A stretch of DNA of 64,000 bases from a virus (Duplodnaviria > Caudoviricetes), in the IMG/VR virus record IMGVR_UViG_2841440409_000001, positions 903-64,902 of that record, one strand, 5' to 3'. Within the stretch, counting starts at the first letter, position 1. The number at the start of each line of letters is the position of its first letter. A program made the position numbers and the translations under genes. Shown one piece after another: positions 57,776 to 64,000 of this stretch. Below the pieces are notes generated by a model, which was not told the origin of the DNA, did no database searches, and saw nothing but the letters and a program-made list of their open reading frames with translations.

Positions 57776-58215
57776 AGGGCGCCGACCAATGCCCGCGCTG
57801 CGCCTCGCGCCGGACTGCCGACATCGACGCGCCAAGCCCGGATGGGTTTTACGCGCGCGTCATCCGTGGCTGTTACAACTGCCAGACCATCTGGGAGCCC
57901 TACGACCCAGCCGACACGATCGACCCGAGCGAGCGCTACGCCTCTTTCATCGAGCCCTGCAACAACTGCGCGTTTCGGCCCGGCTCGCCTGAGCAGGCCG
58001 ACACAGAAGAGTGGAAGGCGACGATGGCGTCGCTCAAGGCTGGCGGTCAGTTCTATTGCCACAAGGGCGTGCCGATCGACCCGCAGAACGACAACGGGTT
58101 CGCTTACCCGGCTGACGGCAAGGACAAGGCGAAGATGCGGCTGTGCCGGGGCTTCCTGAACATGTGGGGCGCGAACATCCTCAAGCAAATGAATGCGGAG
58201 ACGTCGCATGTCTGA
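57772..58215 (+). CDS. Cys-rich hypothetical protein
   Basis: CPRC, CYNC, CNNCAFRP, FYCHKG, LCRG. Confidence 0.65.
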   Translation: MKGADQCPRCASRRTADIDAPSPDGFYARVIRGCYNCQTIWEPYDPADTIDPSERYASFIEPCNNCAFRPGSPEQADTEEWKATMASLKAGGQFYCHKGVPIDPQNDNGFAYPADGKDKAKMRLCRGFLNMWGANILKQMNAETSHV

Positions 58216-58501
58216 CCTGTTCGACCAGGCGGTGACCTTTGTCCGGTCGCCCAAATACATCGAGATTACGCCACGTCAGCTCGCCATCATGGGCGTGGCG
58301 ATGAGCGAGCGCTATCCGATGCGCGTGCGGGACATGGCGATGTCGCTCAACGTCTCCAAACCCGTAGTGTCGCGCGCGGTGGCTGCGCTGGAGGGGCACG
58401 GCTTCGTCGAGCGACGCCGCGGAGAGGACGGGCGGGATCGGTTCATCGTCGTCACGGACGCGGGTGTGGCCTTCCGCCGCTCGATCGGTGGGCTGGCGTG
58501 A
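58208..58501 (+). CDS. MarR-type HTH regulator
   Basis: VRDMA..LNVSKPVVSRAV..LE..GFVERR...DGR....VT..G. Confidence 0.8.
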   Translation: MSDLFDQAVTFVRSPKYIEITPRQLAIMGVAMSERYPMRVRDMAMSLNVSKPVVSRAVAALEGHGFVERRRGEDGRDRFIVVTDAGVAFRRSIGGLA

Positions 58502-58941
58502 TCCCCGACCGCGCCATAAGCGTCCGCGCGCCTTGGTGGACGGCTATCCTGCATCTGGGCAAGGATATCGAGAACCGGCCGCGCCACTGGCATTACCGGG
58601 GCCGCGTCTGGCTGCATGCCAGCTCCTGGTGGAGCACCAAGGAGGTGCAGGAAACCTGGTGGGACGAGGTTCGTCATTGCTACATGGCATCGCCGGCATG
58701 GAACCGGCCTCGCCCGGACGTCGGCAGCTGGACCGCGATGAAGGAAGGCTGCGGCGCGATCGTCGGCAGCGTCGAGCTTCTGGGTTCGGTCGAGCAGAGC
58801 AGCAGCCCGTGGTTCTTCGGCCCGGTTGGCATCAAGCTTGCCCAGCCGGTGGCGCTGAAGACGCCGGTGCCGTGCAAGGGCGCGCTCGGCCTGTTCCGGC
58901 TACCGGCCGATGTCATGGAGTTGCTGGCTCATGCAAAATGA
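58498..58941 (+). CDS. ASCH-domain protein
   Basis: ISVRAPW...I...GKDIENR.....RG...LHAS; KGALGLF. Confidence 0.8.
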   Translation: MIPDRAISVRAPWWTAILHLGKDIENRPRHWHYRGRVWLHASSWWSTKEVQETWWDEVRHCYMASPAWNRPRPDVGSWTAMKEGCGAIVGSVELLGSVEQSSSPWFFGPVGIKLAQPVALKTPVPCKGALGLFRLPADVMELLAHAK

Positions 58942-59122
58942 CCTCGCATACCAGGTCGCCGCGATCCTCGATCCGAAAGCATGGGACGGCCAAGAGCGTC
59001 CCAGCGAGCGCCTGCGCGTGCAAATCCGGCATCGTCAGACGTCGTCGCTAAAGCGCGCACGGGCTGTGCTCGCTGTCGTCGCCTCGCATCTGACGATCGG
59101 GGAGGAAACGCGGGATGCGTGA
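58931..59122 (+). CDS. Small hypothetical protein
   Basis: Overlapping start and stop with neighbours. Confidence 0.5.
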   Translation: MQNDLAYQVAAILDPKAWDGQERPSERLRVQIRHRQTSSLKRARAVLAVVASHLTIGEETRDA

Positions 59123-59522
59123 CGGTGTGCAAGTGCGCCGCGACTGGATCGACGTGCGCCACGAGTATCTGCAGGCTGACGGCCGCTGGATGGCGGGCAA
59201 GTGCGCGATCGACGGTTGGTGCCGTGATTGCAACGCCGACGGCGAGGTGCCGCCAGCCGAATTCATCGCTGTGGCCTTTCGCGCTGGCCAGCATGAGTTG
59301 CGGGCGGCTCGCACGATCGTTGCGGCGCATCTGCACATTCCGTTCAACGACGCCACTGATGACCGGCCGCTGGTGGCGACACCATTCCGGCGGTTGTGGA
59401 TCGCCTATCATCTCCAGATCATCCGTGGCGAGGAGGTCGACGACGAGGCTGCACTATCAGCCAAGACGATCGGCGACATGATCGCGCTCGTCCTGGAGCC
59501 AGCGGAGGAGCCTTCATCATGA
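59115..59522 (+). CDS. Hypothetical protein with degenerate acyl-carrier-protein-like C-terminal domain
   Basis: IVAAHL...EVDDEAALSAKTIGDMIALV resembles ACP; GGAGG RBS. Confidence 0.6.
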   Translation: MRDGVQVRRDWIDVRHEYLQADGRWMAGKCAIDGWCRDCNADGEVPPAEFIAVAFRAGQHELRAARTIVAAHLHIPFNDATDDRPLVATPFRRLWIAYHLQIIRGEEVDDEAALSAKTIGDMIALVLEPAEEPSS

Positions 59523-59941
59523 GCGCCGCTCTGCCCGAACTCGCCGAGCGGATGCAGCGCGCCATTGTGAATGGACGCGGCATCCGCTTCGAAGCCGGCG
59601 ATCTCGATCTGCTGGTCGCGATCGGCGTCAATGACCTCGTCCAGACCGAAAACGCCAAATTGCTGAGAGAACAATGCCTGACCCGCACCATGAAGAGCCG
59701 CTCTATTCCAGGGGGACAACCAAGCTCGGAGGGCCAAAATACTGGCTCGGGCGGGACCGGCGGTCGGACGGATCGCTTCGCTCCCCCAACCTCTACATCT
59801 TCTGGTACGACGCCGATAAGGGACACGTCCGGTCTCGCTCGACGCGCACAACGGATGTCGGGCAGGCAGAAGAAAGGCTCGACGCCCTCTTCCTCGAACG
59901 GGAGCGAGGGCAGCGCATCTGCGACCAGTGCGGACAGTTGA
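59519..59941 (+). CDS. Hypothetical protein overlapping the integrase 5' end
   Basis: GGAGGAG RBS, ATGA overlap; S/G/T-rich tail in the overlap. Confidence 0.5.
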   Translation: MSAALPELAERMQRAIVNGRGIRFEAGDLDLLVAIGVNDLVQTENAKLLREQCLTRTMKSRSIPGGQPSSEGQNTGSGGTGGRTDRFAPPTSTSSGTTPIRDTSGLARRAQRMSGRQKKGSTPSSSNGSEGSASATSADS

Positions 59942-60984
59942 TCGTGGGCGCGCCGCCGCATCCGCTGGTCGACGCCATGTCCAACTATCTGATCTCGGTG
60001 CGCAAGAAGCCGTCGCTGACGTCCATCAAGGCGCGGCTGGCGCATGTGTCGAACTATCTTATCGAGACTGAGCGGCTGGGTACCACCTGCGACCAGGTCA
60101 ACGAGGAGTGGATCGACGATTTCCGGGACTGGGCTTTCGAGGTGCCTGTGGTGTCGACGGCCGGCAAGGTGCTGGGCGATCGCAGCGCCGGCACCGTGGA
60201 AGGGTCGGTGCGCGCGCTGAGCGCCGCGATCAACCACGCCAACGGCCGGGGCGATACGCCCTATGCCGCAGCCTTCCAGGCGAAGAAGCCGGACGAGGTC
60301 AGCGAGACGCCGGCATATCGCGCCGACATCGCCAAGCTGGCCGAGATGTTCAACTATTGCCTCCGGCCACCGCGCGCCGCCGGCATGAGCGACAAGGCCT
60401 ATGATCGGCAACTGGCTTACCGAGAGGCGCTGCTCCGCTTCCTGCGCGTGAGCGTCGCGACCTGGTGCAGGCCCGACGCCGCCTATGACGTGTCGACCGA
60501 TCCAGAGCGCCGGCAGTGGTACCCGGATATCCGCGCCCTCGCGCTCAACCCGCGCGGCCGGCCGCAGACGAAGAAATATCGTCCGGTCGTGCCGGTCGCC
60601 CATCAGCTGGTCGAGCACCTGAAGGCGGCGCCTGTCGGCTTCTATGTCGGACCCCAGTCGATTCGCACGGCGTTCGAGGGGATGCAGGACGAGCTGCGCC
60701 TGCCGCGCGATGGCGAGACGGGGCAGAAGCTGATTCGCCGGTCGATCGCGAAGCTCGCGCGGAGCCGCCTTGGCGAGGCGCTATGGGTGGAAGGGCAGAT
60801 GATGCTCGGCCATCGCGTCCACTCGAAAACGTCCGACATCTATGCGGCGTTCGAGGCGGGTTACCTCACCAATGCCCTAGCCGTGACAGAGCAGATTATT
60901 GACGAGATTGAGGTGAAGGCTCCCGGCGCCTTTCGCCGGAGCATCACCGGACTTAAAATCATCCATGGAGGACGAAATGCTTAA
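59674..60984 (+). CDS. int: Tyrosine recombinase/integrase
   Basis: WCRPDA (Arg I), KLIRRS (Arg II), MLGH, SDIYA (Tyr); adjacent to tRNA 3' end. Confidence 0.85.
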   Translation: MPDPHHEEPLYSRGTTKLGGPKYWLGRDRRSDGSLRSPNLYIFWYDADKGHVRSRSTRTTDVGQAEERLDALFLERERGQRICDQCGQLIVGAPPHPLVDAMSNYLISVRKKPSLTSIKARLAHVSNYLIETERLGTTCDQVNEEWIDDFRDWAFEVPVVSTAGKVLGDRSAGTVEGSVRALSAAINHANGRGDTPYAAAFQAKKPDEVSETPAYRADIAKLAEMFNYCLRPPRAAGMSDKAYDRQLAYREALLRFLRVSVATWCRPDAAYDVSTDPERRQWYPDIRALALNPRGRPQTKKYRPVVPVAHQLVEHLKAAPVGFYVGPQSIRTAFEGMQDELRLPRDGETGQKLIRRSIAKLARSRLGEALWVEGQMMLGHRVHSKTSDIYAAFEAGYLTNALAVTEQIIDEIEVKAPGAFRRSITGLKIIHGGRNA

Positions 60985-60990
60985 TAAATG

Positions 60991-61067
60991 TGGTCGGGGA
61001 AAGAGGATTCGAACCTCCGGCCCCTGCCTCCCGAAGACAGTGCTCTACCAGGCTGAGCTATTCCCCG
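60991..61067 (-). tRNA. tRNA-Pro(CGG), probable attachment site
   Basis: CGGGGAATAGCTCAGCCTGGTAGAGCACTGTC-TTCGGGA-GGCAG...GGTTCGAATCC...CCCCGACCA; 77 nt with encoded CCA. Confidence 0.96.
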
Positions 61068-61171
61068 ACCGGTGCCGAAGCCGCTTTTGGGGCGGCCCCG
61101 TAAGGCAGGAGTGCGCCTATAGAGAGGGGTTTGAGGGCTGGCAAGCCACCTGATGCGCTTTTTTGAAAATT

Positions 61172-61447
61172 CTACAAAAGACCCGCATCGCGGAAGCTGA
61201 AACAGCCGGTTGGCGTGTCGATCCGATGGTCGGCCAGGTGGATGTCGAGCGCTCGCAGCCGGCGGTGCAGGCTACGGGTCAGGGCGATATCGACCGGCTG
61301 CGGCGCCGCAGTGTGCCGCCGCTGGTGCAGGATGACCCGTCGCGCATCGCTGGCCAGCAGATGCGCGACCAGGCAGGGCCAGTTGCCATCGGGGTGCAGC
61401 CGGTCGCGCGGCTGGCCGTCCTCGTCGAGAATCACCAATGTCAGCAT
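61172..61447 (-). CDS. Short degenerate RadC-like JAB-domain protein
   Basis: D..LT..L...L..LDI.L.DH.I...SFRDAGLL RadC C-terminal signature; HNHPSG not conserved. Confidence 0.6.
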   Translation of the reverse strand: MLTLVILDEDGQPRDRLHPDGNWPCLVAHLLASDARRVILHQRRHTAAPQPVDIALTRSLHRRLRALDIHLADHRIDTPTGCFSFRDAGLL

Positions 61448-61651
61448 CGCACCCCCTGGGCACGCAGCCTGTCAGCAATGAGCGGGGAGTGGAGACGCGG
61501 AATGATCCGTAGTGGCGGAACGGGGCAGGCCGGGCCGGCAGTCGCATCCGTTATGGCGCGACCTTTGGTCGGGACAGCGGGGCAGGGGGGATGCTACATG
61601 GACGTGACGCCCAGATTCATTCCCATCCCAGGATCATCGACCTTGCACGCC

Positions 61652-62587
61652 ATGTCGCCGCAGCCGCCCCATTATGAAGAGCAATATCTCGACCTGATGC
61701 GCCATATCTGGCGCCATGGCGACGAGCGGATCGACCGCACCGGCGTTGGCACCCGCTCGATCCTGGGCGCGACCCTGCGATTCTCGCTGGCGGACGATGC
61801 GGTGCCGCTGCTCACCACCAAGCGGGTCTACTGGAAGGTCGCGGCGCGGGAAATGCTGTGGTTTCTGACCGGCGACACCAATATCCGCGAACTGGTGAAG
61901 CAGAATGTCCATATCTGGACCGACTGGCCGCTCGACAGCTATCGCAAGGCGACCGGCGAGGATATCGACCGCGACGCGTTCGAGGCGCGAATCATCGAGG
62001 ATGAAGCCTTTGCCCGGCAATGGGGTGATCTCGGTCCGGTCTATGGCGCCCAATGGGTGAACTGGCCGCGCTACGAGCCGGCCGGCGACGGCCTGTTCCG
62101 CCGGGCAGCACAGGGCCACAACCAGATCGCCGCGCTGGTCGATGCGATTCGCACCAACCCCGGTTCGCGCCGCCTGCTCTTCACCGGCTGGAATGTCGCG
62201 GAAGTCGCGCAGATGGCCTTGCCGCCCTGCCATATGACCTATCAGTTCCAGGTGTCGGACGGCCGCCTCAACGGCCTGCTCTTCCAGCGCAGTTGCGACC
62301 TGGGATTGGGCTTTGCCTTCAACATCTTCGGCCTGTCGATGATCACCCGGATGCTGGCCCAGCAATGCGATCTGGAACCGGGCGAGGTGGTCTGGCAGGG
62401 CGGCGACGTCCATCTCTACCTCAACCATGCCGATCTGGTGGAGGAGCAGATCAGCCGCACCCCGGCTGGCGTGCCGAAGCTGCGGATCAATCGCCGGCCT
62501 TCGAGCATTTTCGACTATGGCATCGAGGATTTCGAGGTGCAGGATTATGCGCCGCAGGCCCATATTTCCGCGCCTGTCGCTGTTTAA
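61652..62587 (+). CDS. thyA: Thymidylate synthase
   Basis: DRTGVGT, PLLTTK, ELW/IW, LGPVYGAQW, MALPPCH, QRSCD, DVHLYLNH, APVAV. Confidence 0.96.
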   Translation: MSPQPPHYEEQYLDLMRHIWRHGDERIDRTGVGTRSILGATLRFSLADDAVPLLTTKRVYWKVAAREMLWFLTGDTNIRELVKQNVHIWTDWPLDSYRKATGEDIDRDAFEARIIEDEAFARQWGDLGPVYGAQWVNWPRYEPAGDGLFRRAAQGHNQIAALVDAIRTNPGSRRLLFTGWNVAEVAQMALPPCHMTYQFQVSDGRLNGLLFQRSCDLGLGFAFNIFGLSMITRMLAQQCDLEPGEVVWQGGDVHLYLNHADLVEEQISRTPAGVPKLRINRRPSSIFDYGIEDFEVQDYAPQAHISAPVAV

Positions 62588-62704
62588 GGTGACAGCGAAG
62601 GCGACAGGCGAAAAGGAATTGGGTCAGTAAGGCTTGCCTTGCGCGGCGTTGAAATATAATAATTGCAACAAGCAATATTATTGCAACGCACAATAGGAGG
62701 CAGG

Positions 62705-64000
62705 ATGACCGATTCGATCGAATCCGGCGCTGTGACGGACGGGCAGGGGCGCAACCTGCCGCTGCTGCAGCTGCATGTGCCCGAGCCGCCCGCGCGGCCC
62801 GGTGAAAGCGCGGACTTCACCCATTTCGACATTCCCGCGGCCGACGCGGCGCCGCGCCCGGACGAGGCGACCCACCCGTCGCAGATGCGCGACTTCGCCT
62901 ATGGGCTGGTCCGCGTACTGGATGAGGATGGCCATGCGGTCGGCGCCTGGGATCCCAAGCTGCCGGCGGACACGCTGCTCAAAATGCTGCGCTACATGGC
63001 GCTGACCCGCGCCTTTGACGGCCGCATGTTCCGCGCCCAGCGCCAGGGCAAGACCAGCTTCTACATGAAGTCGACCGGCGAGGAGGCGGTGTCGATCGGC
63101 GCCGCGCTTGCCCTGTCGCGCGACGACATGTGCTTCCCCTCCTATCGCCAGCAGGGCATATTGATCGCGCGCGACTGGTCCATCGTCGACATGATGAACC
63201 AGATCTATTCGAACAAGGGCGACCGGATGAAGGGGCGCCAGCTGCCGATCATGTATTCGGCGCGCGAGGCCGGCTTCTTCTCCATTTCCGGCAATCTCAC
63301 CACCCAATATCCACAGGCCGTGGGCTGGGCGATGGCGAGCGCGGCCAAGGGCGACACCCGCATCGCCGCCACCTGGTGCGGCGAGGGCTCGACCGCGGAG
63401 GGCGACTTCCATTCGGCCTGCACCTTCGCCAGCGTCTATCGCGCCCCGGTCATCATGAATGTGGTGAACAACCAGTGGGCGATCAGCAGCTTTTCCGGCT
63501 TTGCCGGGGCAGAGGCGACCACCTTCGCCGCGCGCGCGATCGGCTATGGCATTGCCGGGCTGCGCGTCGATGGCAATGACGTGCTGGCCGTCTATGCCGC
63601 CACCCGCTGGGCCGCGGATCGCGCCCGCGCCAATGGCGGCCCGACCCTGATCGAACATTTCACCTATCGCGTCGAAGGACACAGCACGTCCGACGATCCG
63701 ACCGCCTATCGCTCGGCCGAGGAAAGCAGCAAATGGCCGCTCGGCGATCCGATCGCGCGGCTGAAACAGCATTGCATCACGCTGGGCATCTGGGACGAGG
63801 AACGCCACGCCGCGATGGACCAGGAACTGGCCGAGATGGTCCGCGACGCCGCGCGCGAGGCCGAAAAGAACGGCATATTGGGCCATGGCCTCCACCATCC
63901 GATGGAAAGCATGTTCCAGGACGTGTTCGAGGACATGCCCTGGCACCTGAAAGAACAGCAGCAGCAGATGCTGGACGAATGGAAGGCGGCAGGGCTGTGA
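62705..64000 (+). CDS. bkdA1: 2-oxoisovalerate dehydrogenase E1 alpha subunit
   Basis: QRQGKTSFY, SYRQQG, GRQLPIMYS, GEGSTAEGDF...NNQWAIS TPP motif, HSTSDDP. Confidence 0.92.
   Translation: MTDSIESGAVTDGQGRNLPLLQLHVPEPPARPGESADFTHFDIPAADAAPRPDEATHPSQMRDFAYGLVRVLDEDGHAVGAWDPKLPADTLLKMLRYMALTRAFDGRMFRAQRQGKTSFYMKSTGEEAVSIGAALALSRDDMCFPSYRQQGILIARDWSIVDMMNQIYSNKGDRMKGRQLPIMYSAREAGFFSISGNLTTQYPQAVGWAMASAAKGDTRIAATWCGEGSTAEGDFHSACTFASVYRAPVIMNVVNNQWAISSFSGFAGAEATTFAARAIGYGIAGLRVDGNDVLAVYAATRWAADRARANGGPTLIEHFTYRVEGHSTSDDPTAYRSAEESSKWPLGDPIARLKQHCITLGIWDEERHAAMDQELAEMVRDAAREAEKNGILGHGLHHPMESMFQDVFEDMPWHLKEQQQQMLDEWKAAGL

Larger units (their letters stand above)
1..60993. mobile_element. Temperate podovirus-type prophage (Bcep22/F116-like organisation) integrated at tRNA-Pro; left boundary not visible
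   Basis: Integrase ends 6 nt from the tRNA CCA end. cI/cro switch, replication, terminase, portal, capsid, tail and lysis modules are all present in order. Inclusion of 1-9939 is inferred from gene style and the lack of a second att copy. Confidence 0.8.

Noticed and set aside
61163-61651. N-terminal extension of thyA in the ORF track (474 aa)
   Set aside because: ThyA similarity starts near 61652, and the extension overlaps the opposite-strand RadC-like ORF.

Overview
High-GC alphaproteobacterial DNA (sphingomonad-like by gene content; inference). About 61 kb of the window is a temperate podovirus-type prophage whose right end is a tyrosine integrase abutting the 3' end of tRNA-Pro(CGG) (60991-61067). 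Its left att site was not found in the window. Left to right: a PRTRC ubiquitin-like conjugation cluster (ParB, E, C/Ub, F, B/E2, A/JAB, ThiF/E1) coupled to phage-like small ORFs, a nuclease and an SNF2 helicase; a small operon behind a LexA-type box; then, on the minus strand, a lysis cassette, a 4654-aa DarB-like polyvalent protein, ejection, tail and tailspike genes, N4-gp56-type capsid, a CsrA-like gene, scaffold, portal, terminases, a replication initiator with iterons, a GapR-FtsK-gamma fusion, a DNA methyltransferase and cro; then cI and a plus-strand early operon (Rad52/Sak, J-domain, gp37gp68, MarR, ASCH, ACP-like) ending in the integrase. Host genes (RadC-like remnant, thyA, bkdA1) follow. 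The most striking unexplained signal is a conserved hairpin, GCGC-AUGA(C)-GUGY, found five times just downstream of sigma70-like promoters heading late gene blocks, together with a phage CsrA-like protein missed by the ORF track. All product calls come from motif recognition by eye; no searches were run.
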